Below, piece by piece: positions 36,008 to 49,838 of a stretch of DNA of 64,000 nt. Under the pieces are notes generated by a model. The model had not been told where the DNA came from, did no database searches, and was given only the letters and a program-made list of their open reading frames with translations. The DNA is taken from the NCBI RefSeq assembly GCF_963921235.1, contig NC_086097.1, positions 155,808,001 to 155,872,000 on the forward strand. Reading direction: 5' to 3'. How positions within the stretch are numbered: position 1 is the stretch's first letter; each line of letters starts with the position of its first letter. The DNA comes from Mobula hypostoma (taxonomy: Eukaryota). Position numbers and translations under genes: made by a program.

Positions 36008-36869
36008 CAAAGGTTCAATTATTATCAAAGTATACAACTCTGAAATTCTTCTCCAGGTAGCCATGTAGCCAAGAAGGAAAAGAAAGGCAGCGTGATCATC
36101 AAACCCCATATTCCTTCTCGTGCACAAAAAAACGAACAAAAATGAAAAAGGCACATCAACCCCCAAATCCCCCTTCTTGCACAAAATAACAAGAAAGATT
36201 GGGCAAAAAAACGGAATATGAAAAAACTATAAGACTTAAAATAAGTAGAAAACCTGGCGACACTCTCCGGGCACAGCAGCAGACTCTCCCCTCTCTGGTC
36301 GTCTAGCAGAGCGATCAAAAGACAGGCAGCCGGCACTCACCATCCACACTTGCTTCGATGCTACAATCCCCCTCATTGCTTTAATCGGTGAAATGGAGTC
36401 AAACGTTGGCTTGCACCCTGTCTCTCAGTCTGTCCTATACAAGGTACTTGTGCGCTGCCTCTGTCTCCCGGAATCTTCTGGGAGAACGCAGAGCACTTGT
36501 ACACCCAAATGATCTCCAAAGCTACGCATTCACCTCGATGTTTCAATCTCCCTCGTGGATTTATCAGCCAACAATGGTAGCTTTAATTGGCAAAATGGAG
36601 TCAAACATCGGCTCACGCGTCATCCGCAGCCTGCCCACTATGAGGTTCGCTCATGCTGCCTCTACCTCACAAAATCCTCTCAGAGACTGCAAGGTGCTGA
36701 AACACCCAAACGATCGCCAAACAGAAAATCACAGGCTCCAAAGTTCCAGAACCACACTCAAGATGAAAGATAAATGAAAAACAACATAAAAGAAGTGAAA
36801 TCTATGGTTTCATGATTAATCCTGAAGAAGTCGACTGAAGGAGCATTGTATGCATGTGCCATTTTGACC
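36008..36869 (-). mobile_element. Non-autonomous, LINE-dependent (Rex1-like tail) retroposon
   Basis: The minus strand starts GGTCAAAATGGC and ends AATAAATTGAACCTTTGA. It has internal ~200-bp and ~60-bp duplications and interrupts the CR1 sequence. Confidence 0.6.
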
Positions 36870-37729
36870 AGGAGATGTGGTTTATACAGATTTTAGTAAA
36901 GTATTCAGCGGGATTCCTTTTAGTAGGTCCATTCATAAAGTCAGGAGGCATAGGATCCAGGGAAATTTGGCTGTAGGGATTGAGAATTGTCCTACTCACA
37001 GAAAGCAGAGGGTGGTAGTAGATGGAGCGTAATCTGTCTGGAGATCGGTGACCAGTGGCTATCCACAGGAATCTGTTCTGGGACACCTGCTGTTTGCAAT
37101 TTTTATACATGACTTGGATGTGGAAGGGGAAGTGTGTGTTGGTAAGTTTGCAGATGACATTAAAGGTGGGTAATGTAAATAGTTGTCATTTAGTTACAAT
37201 GGGACATTAATAGGATGAGAGTGGCAGATGGAGTTCATCCTGGTAAAGTGTGAAGTGATGCACTTCGGAAGGTTGAGCTTGAAGGCAGAATACAAGGTTA
37301 GTGACAGGATTCTTAGCAGTGTGGTGGAACAACAGGATCATGGGATGCTTCAAATTTGCTACAGAAGTTGATAGGATTGTTAAGGAGGTATATGGTGTGC
37401 TGGCCTTTATTAGTCAGGGAATTGAGTTCAAGAGCCACACAGTAATGTTCCAGCTCTATAAACTCTGGTTGGACCACAATTCGAGTATTGTGCTCAACTC
37501 ATTATAGGAAGGATATAGGAGCTTTAGAAAGGGTACATAGGAGATTCAAGATACTGCCTGGATTAGAGAGTAGAGATTATGAAGAAAGGTTTGACCGAGT
37601 TAGGGCTTTTCTCTTTGGAGCAAAGAAAGATGAGAGGTGACTTGATAAATATGTACAATATTATAAGAGCCATTGATAGAGTGGGACAGCCAAAGACTTT
37701 CTCAGGGTGGAAATGATTAATATGAGAAG

Positions 37730-38195
37730 TGTGGGATTTTTCTGATCCCCAAGTTCTTTCAGGAATCCAAGAATGAGCGAGAACTTGTTGCTTCATTATC
37801 ATGACAAATGACAACTTTATTTTAAAGTTTAAACAATGGAATAGATACAGAGCATATGAAACGGAAGGAAAAAAGACAAGATGGTGTTTTTGCAGAGGCT
37901 GACCCTTTTATACTTAAGATTAAGGCCACATTACTAAGATAGGGAAGGGCCAATTAGAGAATACAGTCATAACACGTGTGACATGTGCTGTCATCTTAGC
38001 CAATGAGAAATGAGAAAGGTGATAAACTGTTATGTAACCTATACTGTTTTCCACCAGTAGATGGAGACAAACACCGCATATTGTGAAAATATACAAGTTG
38101 GTTAGAAATACAAATAGTTGGTAGAACTATGATTTTAGTTTTGTAATAATGCAACTAATATTTTGTTAAAGCAACAAAAACAACCAATTCCACCT
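37730..38195 (-). mobile_element. Solo LTR (466 bp), ERV1-like
   Basis: 4-bp TSD GAAG at 37726-37729 and 38196-38199, termini TGTGG...CCAC. The minus strand has two CCAAT boxes, TATAAAA (~37910) and AATAAA (~37818) in LTR order. Confidence 0.7.
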
Positions 38196-38959
38196 GAAGG
38201 CATATTTTTAAATGAATGGAAGAAAACATTGGTGGTGTGTCAGAGGCAGGGTGCTTACACTGAGAGAGGTGGATGTGTAGAATGTCCTGCAGTGATTGTG
38301 GTAGAGGCAGGTACCTGAGAGACGTTAAGAGACTCTTAGATAGACACATGGATGAAAGAAAAATGGAGGGCTATGTGGGACTGAGGCGTTTAATTTATTT
38401 TGAAGCAGGTTAAAAGATTGGCTATGATCATGGGTTGAAAGGCCTGTATGTGCAACACTGTTCTATGTTCCTGGGTATCTAAATGATATTAGGCTGTCTG
38501 TGAACACAAGAAGGTAAATCTGTTCATAGAAATAAAAAAGCTTACCTACTGGACGTTGGCAAATTTACTTCCTATCTGCAGGATGATCAATGCTCCATTT
38601 AATACATAACAGTAAAACCATTTCAGCCAGTGGAGAATTGTAAGTTTGGAACTTGTAAATCAGAGCTCAGTAATGTTGCTTAGAGACTAATTAATTATTA
38701 AAATTGTTAAAACCAGGCATGATGGTACAGCTCGGGGTGTCAGAGTTTGGAGTTCGAGTCAAATGCCATCTGTAAGGAGTCTGTAATCGTCCCCATGGAA
38801 TGCATGGGTTTTCTCTGACACTAAATGTACCTTAGAAACCTTTGAAATCTTTGAACAACGATCTTGTTTCCTGAATACTTCTGGGTGTATCTTATGAATT
38901 TTGGGTTGCTGCCATGAAAATTACCATGGAATTTCCCTATTATGTACTGTTTCATGTAA

Positions 38960-41900
38960 ATTTCCTATATTTGTTATTTCAATTCATAATTCAAGTCAGA
39001 GAGGAATGACATTTGCAATTTTTGAAGTTCTCCAGAATCCAGTCATTCTTAAAGGATCGCTACTAATGCCTCCACAATCTCTTCAGCTATCTCTTTCAGA
39101 ACTCTGGGGAACAGTCCATCTCATCCAGGTGACTTACCTACCTTCAGTCCTTTCAGCTTCCGAAGCAACTTCTCCTTTCTAATAGTAATTACACTCACTT
39201 CTGCTCCCTGACACTGTTGAATTTCTGGCATACTGCCAGTGTCTTCCACAGCAAAGACTGACACAATATAGTTATTAAGTTTGTATTCCATCTCTTTGTC
39301 CCCAATTACTACTTCTCCATCATCATTTCCCAGTGGTCCAATTTCCACTCTTATCTCTCTTTTACTCTTCATATATCTGAAAAACTTTTAGTATCCTCTT
39401 TTATATTATTGGCTAGCTTACAGTACCTTCATATTTCATGGAACATAGAACATAGAAATTTACCACACATAACAGTCACTTCAGCCCACAATGTTTTGCT
39501 GAACATGTAACCTACTCTAGAAGCTGCCTAGAATTTCCCTAGCACATAACCCTCTATTTTCCTCAGCTCTATGTACCTATCTAAGAGGCTCTTAAAAGAC
39601 CCTATTGTATCCACTTCCACCACCGCCGCTGGCAGTGCATTCCACATGCCCACCATTCTCTGTGTGAAAAACTTACCCCTGATGTCGCCTTGGTACCTAT
39701 GTCCAAGCACCTTACAACTGTGCCCCCTCGGGTTAGCCATTTCAGCCCTGGGAAAAAGCCTCTGGCTGTTCACACAATCAATGCCTCTCATCATCTTATA
39801 GGTCTTTCAGGTCACCTCTCATCCTCTGTCACTCCAAAGGGAAAAGGCCAAGTACACTCAACCTATTCTCATAAAGAATACCCTCCAATCCAGGCGACAT
39901 CTTTGGGAATCTCCTCTGAACTCTCTATATAGTATCCACATCCTTCCTGTAGTGAGGTGACCAGAACTGAGCACAGTACTCCAAGTGGGGTCTGAACAAG
40001 TTCTTATATTGCTATAACATTACCTCATGGCTCTTGAACGCAATCCCATGGTTGATGAATGACAACATACCATACGTCTTCTTAACAACACTGTCAACCT
40101 GCGCAGCAGCTTTGAGTGTACTTTCGACATGGACCCCAAGATCTCTCTGATCCTCCACACTGCCAAGAGTCTTACCATTAATATTATAATCTGTCTTCAA
40201 ACTCGACCTACCAAAATGAACCACTTCACATTTATCTGGGTTGAAGTCCACCTGGCCACTTTTTAGCACAGTTCTGCATCCTATCGTGCCCTGCTGTAAC
40301 CTTTGACAACCCTCCAGACTATCCACTACACCCCTAACCTTTATGTCATCAGCAAACTCACTAACCTAGCCTTCTACTTATTCATCCAGGTCATTTTTAA
40401 AAACCACAAAGAGGAGGGGTCCCAGAACATATCCCTGCAGAACACCGCTGGTCACTGACCTCCATGCAGAATATGAACCATCTACAATCACCCTTTGCCT
40501 TCTGTGGGCAAGTTAATTCTGGATCCACAAAGCAACATCTCCTTGGATCCTATGCCTCCTTACTTTCTGAAAGAGCCTGGCAAGGGAAACTTTATCAAAT
40601 GCCTTACTGAAGTCCATATACACTACATTCACTGCTCTACCTTCATCAATGTATTTTGTTACGTCCTCAAAGAATTCAATCAGGCTCGTAAGGCACGACC
40701 TGCCTTTGACAAAGCCATGCTGACTACCCCTAAGCAGATTATGTCTCTCCAAATGCTTATAAATCCTGCTTCTCAGGATCTTCTCCAATGACTTTCCCAC
40801 CACTGAAGTCGAACTCACGGGTTTATAATTTCCTGGATTATCTCTACTCCCTTTCTTGAACAAGGGAAAAACATTTGCAACCCTCCAATCCTCTGGTACT
40901 TCTCCCGTCCCTACTGATGATGCAAAGATCAGAGAACCAGAGGCACAGCAATCTCCTCCTTCACTTCCCACAGTAGCCTGGGGTATATCTCATCCGCTCC
41001 CAGTGACCTATCTAACTTAATGTTTTTCAAAAGCTCCAGAATGTCCTCTTTCTTAATGTCTTTATGCTCCAGCGTTTCAGTCCGCTGTAAGTCATCCCCA
41101 CCATTGCCAAGGTCTTTTTCCCTGGTGAATATTGAAGCAAAGTATTCATTAATTACCTCCGCTACCTCTTCGATTCCATGCATGTTTCTACCATCGCACC
41201 TGATTGGTCCGATTCTCACTTGTCTCATCCTCTTGCTCTTCACATACTTGTAGAATGCCTTGTGGTTTTCCTTAATCTTGCTCAGCAAGGCCTTCTCATG
41301 GCCTCCTCTGGCTCTCCTAATTCCATTCCTAGGCTCCCTCCTAGTAACGTAATTTTCTAGAGCTCTAACAGTACCTAGTTTCTTGAACCTTTTATAAGTT
41401 TTTCTTTTCTTCTTAATTATATTTTCTACATACCTTGTACACCATGGTTCTTTAAATCTGCCATCCTTTTCCTGCCTCAATGGAACATACCTATGCAGAA
41501 CTCCATGCAAATTTTCCCTGAACACTTGCCACTTTTCTGCTGTGCATTTCCCTGAGAACATCTGCTCCCAATTTATGCTCCCAAGTTCCTGCCTAATAGC
41601 ATCATATTTTCCACCTTCCCCAATTAAATATGTTCTCAAATTGTCTGCTTCTATCCCTCTCCAGCACTACGGTGACAGAGATAAAGTTGTGGTCACTACA
41701 TCCAAAATGCACTCCCATCGGAGACCTGACATTTGACCAGGTTCATTTCCCAATGACAGATCAAGTACAGCCTCTCCTTCAGTTAGCTTATATACATATT
41801 GCGTCAAGAACCCTTCCTGAACACGCCTAACAAACTCCACCCCATCTAAACCCCTTGGGCTAAGGAGATTCCAATCAATATTAGGGAAATTAAAATCTCC

Positions 41901-44900
41901 CATCACAACAACCCTATTATTATTGCACCATTCCAGAATCTGCCTCCCTATCTGCTCCTCGATATTCCTGTTACCATTTGAGGGTCTATAAAAAAAACAC
42001 CCAGTAGAGTTATTGCCCTTTTCCTGTTTCTGACTTCCACCCACACTGACTCAGTAGACCATCCCTCCATGACTTCCTCCTTTTCTGCAGCTGGGACCTT
42101 ATCCCTAATTAGCAATGCCACCCCCCACCTCCTTTGCCCCCCCCCGTTCTTTTTGAAACATCTAAAGCCTGGCACACCCAGCAACCATTCCTGCTCCTGA
42201 GACATCCAAGTCTCTGTAATGGCCACAATGTCACAGTTCCATGTACTGATCCATGCTCTAAGTTCATCAGCCTTGTTTATGGTACTCCTTGCATTAAACT
42301 AGACACATCTCAAAACATCAGGCTGAGTGCATCTTTGCTCCATCATTTGTCTGTCGTTCCTCACAAACTCCCAACAAGCTATCTCTATTTGTGCACCAAC
42401 CTCCCCATCCTCTGCTTCTTCACTTCAGTTCCCATCCCCCTGCACATCTAGTTCAAACCTTCCCACCAGGATATTGCCCCCCCTCAGATTCAAGTGCAAC
42501 CCGTCCGTTTTGTACAGGTCACACCTGCCCTTGAAGAGGTCTGAATGATCCAAAAATCTGAATCCCTGCCCCCACTCCAATCCTTCAGCCACACATTTAT
42601 CTGCCACCTCACTCTATTGCTATACTCACGGTCACGTGGTACAGGCTGCAATCGGGAGATTACTACCCTTGAGGTCCTGCTTCTCAGCTTCCTTCCAAAC
42701 TCCCTGTATTTTGCTTTCAGGACCTCCAGCTTTTTTTTCTACCTATGTCATTGGTACCAATATGTACCACGACCCCCTGGCTGCTCACCCTCCTACTTCT
42801 GGATATTGTGGACATTCTCAGAAAGATCTCGAACCATGGCACATGGGAAGCAAACTACCGTCACGTCTACGGAATTGCCTATATGTGTCCATAACTGTAT
42901 AGTCCCCTATCACCGCTGCCACTCTCTTCCATTCCCTACCCTTCTGAGCCACAGGGTCAGACTCAGTGCCAGAGATGTGGCCACTGTTGTTTCGCCCAGG
43001 TAGGTCGTCCCCCCAACAGCACTCAAAATGGAGTACTTATTGCTAAGGGGGACAGCCACAGAAGTACTCCATTTCATCCTATCTCTCCTTATTACTTTTT
43101 CAGATGCCTTCTGCTGGTTTTTAAAAACTTCCCAATAATTCAACTTCCCACTATATTTTGCTATATTATATGCCCTCTCTTTTGTTTTTATGCTGTCTAT
43201 GACTTCCCTTCTCAGCCACAGTTGCCTCATCCTCCTTTTAGAATACTACTTCTTTGGGATGCATCTATCCCGTGCCTTCCGAATTGCTCCCAGAAATTCC
43301 AGCCATTGCTGTTTTACCGCCATCCTTGATAGTGTTCACTTCCAATCAACTTTGGCCAGCTCCTCCCTCATGCCTCTGTAATTCCATTTACTCTACTGTA
43401 ATAATGATACATCTGACTTTAGCTTCTCCATCTCAAACTGTGGGGTAAATTCTATCATATTATAATCACCACCTCTGAAGAGTCCCTTCACCTTAAGATG
43501 CCAAATCAAATCTGGTTCACTATACAACACCTTATCCAGAATTGTCTTTTCCCTAGTGTACTCAACCACAACCTGTTTTAAAAAGCCATCTTCTAGGCAT
43601 TCTACAAATTCCTTTTCCAGATCCAGCACCTAACTGATTTTTCCAGTCTACCTATATATTGAAATCCCCCATGACTATTGTAGCATTGCCTTTTTTCATG
43701 CTTTTCTCTCTACCGTTTTAATTTGTATCCCACATTAGAGGTCAGAGGTCTGTACATAACTATCTTCAGGGTCATTTACTCTTCTTAACTCTACCCGCAA
43801 GAATTCTGCATCTGCTGATCCTATGTCACCTTTTTCTAAGGACTTGATTTCATATTTTTACCAATGGAGACACATCACCCCTTCTGCCCACCTGTTGATA
43901 CAATGTGCATCCTTGGTATTAAGCTCCCAACTATGATCTTCTTTCAGCCATGACTCAGTGATGCTCACGACTGAGATTACTACCCTTGATGTGCTGCTTT
44001 TCAACTTTCTACCCAACTCTCTATATTCTCTTACCAGAACCTCTTACTTTTTCCTTCCAATGTCATTGGTACCAATATGTGCCATAACTTCCACCTGCTC
44101 ACCCTTCCCCTTCAGAATGCAGTGCACCCGATCTGAGACATCCCTAACCCTGCCATCAGGGAGGCTACATACCATCCAGATGTCTCGTGTACATTTTTAG
44201 AATCTTCTATTTGCTCATCAAAAAATGAAATCACCTATTACTATTGTACCTGTCTTCTGGGTCACAGAGCCAGACTCAGTGCCACAGATCTGTAACTGCG
44301 GCTTCCCCATGGAGGTCACCCCACACCCCCACAGTATTCAAAGTCCTGTAGTTATTACTAAAGGGAACTGTTCCAGGGCTATCTGCACTGGCTGCCCATT
44401 TCCTTTCCCTCTCCTGCCTGTGACCCAGCTACCAGGTCTCCTGTAATTTAGGGGTGATTGTATTTCTGTAGCTCCCATCTATCACATCCTCATTCTCCCA
44501 TTTGAGTTGAAGGTCATCCAGCTGCTGCTCTAGTTCCCTTACGTGGTCTCCAGGGAGATATAGTTATCAGGGAGATGAGAGGTTTCCCCAGAGTTCCCAT
44601 GTCTCACAGGAATAACATATCTATAACCGTGGACACATTCTCACCACACCAGCTACTAATAGGCAAAGAAAAAAAATCTTACTAGAAACTTAGTTAGAGC
44701 CTTCATTCCTCCTTGACCAAGCCTCTTGAACCAAAGCCTGACCACTCACACATACTGGCCGCTCCCACAGTAGCCCTTACACACCACAGTAGCCCTTACA
44801 CATCACCCCTATTTATTGCCTAATAAACCAGTATGATTTAAGCCCACTGCAAAGTCCCAAAAGGCTCTGAGTCCTTTTCAAGTCTCGTGCTGCCTCTCCA

Positions 44901-45090
44901 TCAGGCAAATATTGAAGCCCTCCAAATAGTCCCAAGAGGTACCAAGCTTGTTTTAAATTTTGCAACGCCTCTCCCACAGTGAGTACTCACGATGATTGGA
45001 GATTGCCGAAAAGTCCTCAAAGGTCCCGAGCTCTTCTTAAACCTTGCATTGCCTCTCCCTCAGCTTCGTGATACTGCTTTCTTAAGGCCA
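38960..45090 (-). mobile_element. Older CR1 (ORF2 and ORF1 remnants plus 5' region) split by a younger CR1
   Basis: IGPLGNDDGEVV to the left of the insertion. EFVECLEDGFLKQVV (endonuclease) and ORF1 traces lie to the right, and the sequence rejoins across ATTTCAT. Confidence 0.75.
39440..43070 (-). mobile_element. CR1 LINE, 3.6 kb: ORF1 SGNH-esterase part plus ORF2 APE endonuclease and RT, frameshifted
   Basis: ORF1 FLDHSDLF...DGLHLN. APE motifs AITETW and VMGDFNFP. RT motifs DWRVANV, QHGFVKGRSC and YMDFSKAFD. (CATAGAA)n tail and 7-bp TSD ATTTCAT at 39433-39439 and 43071-43077. Confidence 0.93.
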
Positions 45091-45139
45091 TTGCAGACTG
45101 CATCAGAGCATTTCCCCACAAAAGGGCCCCTGCAGCTTA

Positions 45140-45360
45140 CTCTCCCCACATTCCCAAAACTCTTCCTGAATTCTACAGCTTGTTGGTGGAGGGGTGGGGG
45201 CTATTAACCTGTCAACCTGCACATATTTGGGAACTGGAGAATTGGGATCACTCAGGGGAAACTCATGCAGTCACATTTACAAACCCCTGACAGATAGCTT
45301 CAGAAGCCAGGATTGAAGCCTGGTGAATGATGTTGTGAGGAAACAGCTCTACTATCTGTT
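45140..45360 (-). mobile_element. HE1/V-SINE-like SINE, degenerate
   Basis: ATTAACCTGTCAACCTGCAC...GGGGAAACTCATGCAGTCAC...CAGGATTGAAGCC. Confidence 0.5.
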
Positions 45361-45609
45361 CACTCAGCTTTAGATGAATCATCACTGGTGTACAAGCATG
45401 ATGACTTTTAGTTGACTGGTTCACTGATCTGTGTTACAATCTAAGAAAACCAAAGTGATATTTTCACAATTTTAAGACAATATTAGAGACTTCTATGTTC
45501 CTACATGAGGCAAGTGCTTCTCAATCTCTTCTGCATTTTTGAATGAAATTTTTAAAAAATTATCTAAACATATTTTAACTGTTGTAAATGCCATTTATCA
45601 GTGGGCAGA

Positions 45610-47040
45610 TCAGAGAGTGGTACAGGTAGCTCAGTGCATCTGTGGATGAGAACTTCATTCCTTTGAGAACATTTATTGCAGCAGGTGCAGAAAGGCGGCC
45701 TGGAAGATCATCAGGGAAACCAATCACCCCAACCATAAACTAATTCAGCTGCTTCTGTCTGGCAAACGCTACCGCACCATTACAGCCAGGACCAACAGGC
45801 TATGGGACAGCTTTTTTCTATAAGCCATTAGACTATTAAATTTATTTGTCTGTTCAATTTCGATTATGTCTGTACTTTGCAACAGAGTTAACATAAATAT
45901 TTTTACTCCCTCACATTGTGAGATGGATGTAAGATTTAAATAAGTTCTATGATTCTCCCGGATGTATTTAGGGATGGAAAAGGTCTTTGATGTTATGAGG
46001 GGTAATCAAGGCATTGGGGTAGTTTTGTCATCAGGCCTCAGTTTCCATTACCTGAAGTTCTGACTTGCTGCTGGTAGATTGTGGCACCTCATGGTCTGGC
46101 TGCAGTAGTAGCAATGACTCTAGTATGTTGACAGCTATAAAGGGACAAAGTTCTTTGGAACTGTGATGATCCCATAGGAGCTGGACATTCACTGGATGAA
46201 ACATAGTACAGTCTATTATTTCCTCCATTTTCTACAATCTATAGGCATCACAAAATCATTAAAACTCAAATTCAAGTTTATTGCCATTCAGCCCTGCACA
46301 AGTATATCACCAAACGAGACAAAGTTCTTCTGGAACAAAGTGCACAACACAGTACTTACAACTCACACATCTAACACATGAAGTAATTTTGTCACAAATA
46401 AATTAACAACTAATGTTGCATATATAAAGTAAACAGTATAAAACTACTGCACTTCATAGGTGATGATACCTGTGTAGTGGCAGGGAGTTCGGTAGTCTTT
46501 TGCCCTAAGGGAAGAAGCTGTTTCCCATCCCAACAGTTCTTATCCCAATGCTATAGAATATCCTGCCTGTAGCCTGGGAGCAAAAAAATTGTTGGATAGG
46601 TGGAAGGGATCTCCAACAATGTGAAGGGTCCTGAGTTGGTAGTGCCTCTGCTCAATATCTCTAATGGGTGGAAGAGAGATCCCAATGATGGTCTTAGCAG
46701 TGCTTGTAGGGTCTTGTGGTCAGATACCTTGCAATTCTTGTACCAGATGGTGATGCAGCTGGTCAGGACACTCTCAATGGTTCACCTGTAAAATTTGGTA
46801 AGAACTGGGGGGAGAGCCTCACCCACCAGCGTCAACATAGCATGCCCACATCTTAATAACCCTAACACTTACATCTTTCCAATGTAGGAGTAAACCAGAG
46901 CATCTGAAGTTTGGAGACACTCTGGTCAGGACACTCAATGAAGCTCCGATAAAAAATGGTTAAAATGGTGGGAATGGGGGAGCCGCATTCATCTTAATCT
47001 CCTCAGAAAGAGGAGACACTGCTGTGCTTTCCTGATGAAA
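45610..47040. mobile_element. Rex1/Babar fragments (plus strand ~45610-45945, minus strand ~46260-47040)
   Basis: AAGATCATCAGGG...CTGGCAAACGCTACCG on plus; GATGCAGCTGGTCAGGACACTCTCAATGG and a TCAAATTCAAG tail on minus. Confidence 0.65.
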
Positions 47041-48159
47041 GGAATAGCGCCTCAGCTTCGCTTTTCAGCTTTTTTTTTCCTGGCATGAACCCCAATTGAT
47101 CACCGATGTTGGAAAAACCCTTCTCTCAGAGCTTTGAAAAGCAACCCCCGATGCTCTGTCAGCAGAGTCTTTACCTTTTCTCCATATTTCATTTATACTA
47201 TGCAGTCAGGTCAAATTGCTCAATTATTGCTAATTAGTGTTGCATTTAGCCCTGTGAAACCAATGGCAGCAGAACTGCCTCGGATTCAGATTGTTTATGA
47301 GGGCTTACATTTAGATAGAGATGCTTATGCATTTAAAACTCAAAATATTTGTAAAAGCGTGAAATATAATAATCATTGGAAGAAAATAAATTCATTGAAG
47401 TCACATCGTGATCCCTTAGTTTAGCCTGAGGAGATTATGTAATTAGTCTGAAATATATGTAAATTAAATTAATTTGACTGGTGACTGCAGTGGTTAATAG
47501 CTGAAAGATGTTAGATTAATTCCTTGTGTATTATTAGGTTTTAAAAGTTAAATAGCTCAAATAATTAACAAAATATATGTAAATACCCAGCAGAACATAA
47601 CACATTTGGATTCACATTGTAAGGGAAGAGGCAAGGGTGATGAAGAAACATTTACCCTTGTTCAGTATTTCTGCAGGATAGAAAGGATTATTGGTAAAAC
47701 AACTATTTGAATCCAAAATCACATGAACAAACAGGAAAACATATTCCATCTGTTCTATCCAACTTTTCCCATGCTGTACCATTGCTTTTTTTTAAACACT
47801 TTCCGTCCCAGCCAAAAGCCATGCAATGTCCCATGAGGAGCTCAATGAGAATCTGCAACAACCCTGATTACACCCATTTCCACCCTGTTGCTTGTGACTT
47901 GTAAAGGGTATCCCCAGATTACTCCACCATTAAGCAAGATGGCTAAGACTCTGTCTCAAGAACACTTTTCCACATCATCTTCATATCCTCTTTTTACCTG
48001 TAGTATGTGTTGATCCCAGCCTGGAATACATTTGATGGTAAGTCTCCTGAGCCCAATATAGGGACTTCTAACAATTGAACACCCTTTGTTACAAAACTAT
48101 TTCACCTCATTGTAGCCAAACTTAAAAGACTAACTTACGATAAACTAGCATTGACTAAA

Positions 48160-49290
48160 ATATAAGACTATAGGACCATAAAATATAGGAGAACAATTAA
48201 GCCATTTGGCCCTTCGAGTCTGCTCTGTCATTTCATCATGGCTAATTTAGTTTTCTTCTCAAACCCAGTTTTCTTCTTGGCCCCCTTCTCCTGCCTTTTT
48301 CCTGTATCATTTCATGCCATGACCAATCAATAATCTATCAACCTCTGTCTTAAATATATGTAAAGACTTGGCCTCCACAGCCTACTGTGGCAACAGATTC
48401 CACAGATTCACCTCTCTCCGGCTAAAGAAATTCCTCCTCATTTCCATTCTAAAAGGATGCACCTCTATTCTGAGGTTGTGTTCTCTGGTTCTAGACTCAC
48501 CCACCAAAAGAAATATCCTCTACACATGCACTCTATCAAGACCTTTCAACATTCAATAGTTTTCAATATATCATCCCTTATCCATCTGAGTTCTAGTGAA
48601 TACAGGCCCAGAGCCATCAAACATACTTCATATAACAAGCCATTCAATCCTGGAATCATTTTTGTTAACTTCCTTTGAACCCTCTCCAGTGTCAGCACAT
48701 CCTTTCTAAGATAAGAGGCTCAAAACTGCTCACAATATTCTCAGTGAGGCCTCACTAGTGTTTCAATAAAGCCTTAACATTACATCCTTTCTTTTATATC
48801 CCTAGAAATGAATGCTAACATCACATTTGCCTTCCTCACCACAGACTCAACCTATAAACTAACCTTTAGGGAATCCTGCACAAGGACTCCCAAGTCTCTT
48901 TGCGCCTCAGATTTTTAAATTTTCTCTCCACTTAGAAAATAGTTTACCCTTTTATTTCTTCCAACAAAGTGCATGACCATACACTTCTTGACACTGCCAC
49001 CTCTTTGCTCATTCCCCTAATCTGTCTAAATCCTTCTGTAGCTTCTCTACTTCCTCAAAACTATCTGCCCCTCTATCTTATGGGGAAGGCAGGAGATTAG
49101 GACTGATAGAAAAATGGATCAGTCATGATGAAATGGCAGAACAAACATGATAGCCTAAATGGCCTGATTCTGCACCTATATCATATGGTTTATCTTCATG
49201 TCATCTGCAAACTTTGCAACAAAATCATCAATTCCATCATCCAAGTCATTATCTATCAAACTATACATCCTGGCAGCCCAGAAAAAACCA
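48160..49290 (-). mobile_element. CR1 3' fragment with a small plus-strand CR1 tail at ~49080-49190
   Basis: Same subfamily as 19450-21570 and 6400-7560 (CCATAAAATATAGGAG tail, AAAGAAATTCCTCCTCA). Confidence 0.8.
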
Positions 49291-49759
49291 AAGAACTTTT
49301 TTTTAATGAACTTTTAAAGAGGCTGTAGCTGAAGGAAGTTATCTTCTCTAAATCCCAGTTACCTGGCTCTCTGGAGCGCTGACAAATCCAAAAAGAAGTA
49401 GCAACCATTATTCCACTAAATCAGGAGTCACCTCCATAGGCTGAGAAAAATTAATGGCTGAATCATTGTTGCAACAGAACATATTCACCAATTTCTTTTC
49501 ATAATTAAGTTGAACCTCACATTTTTTTCTATCCAAATATGTAGCTTTGCCTGATAATTGAAAAATAAACATCAGAGAAGGCAACCTTCATTTGAGAGGA
49601 AAGATATTCTCTGACAATGGAGTAAAAAAACACTTTGAACTAACAGGTAAGTCACAGGGTATTAATGAAGAATGGTTTTGGGTTCGGGCAGGAGTGTTGG
49701 TTGCGTTAGTTGAATTATTACAGAGTAATTTTTGTTTTTTAATAAAAGAGGATTTAGGG

Positions 49760-49838
49760 CAGGAGTTCCCAACCTTTTTGTGCCATAGGACCCCACCATT
49801 AACCAAGGGGTCTGTGAACCCCAGGTTGGGAACCTCTT
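49760..49838. mobile_element. Tiny hAT-type MITE
   Basis: CAGGAGTTCCCAACC...GGTTGGGAACCTCTT termini and a 6/8 TSD match (ATTTAGGG/GTTTAAGG). Confidence 0.65.

Larger units (their letters stand above)
35680..38470 (+). mobile_element. CR1 remnant with a nested non-autonomous element and solo LTR
   Basis: NPGNYR-, DFSK- and KFADD-like coding traces and a CR1 3'UTR ending TTCTATGTT. Confidence 0.75.

Noticed and set aside
49545..49653. Plus-strand exon ending CAG|GTAAGT
   Set aside because: The acceptor is weak, all three frames have stops, and no partner exons are evident.
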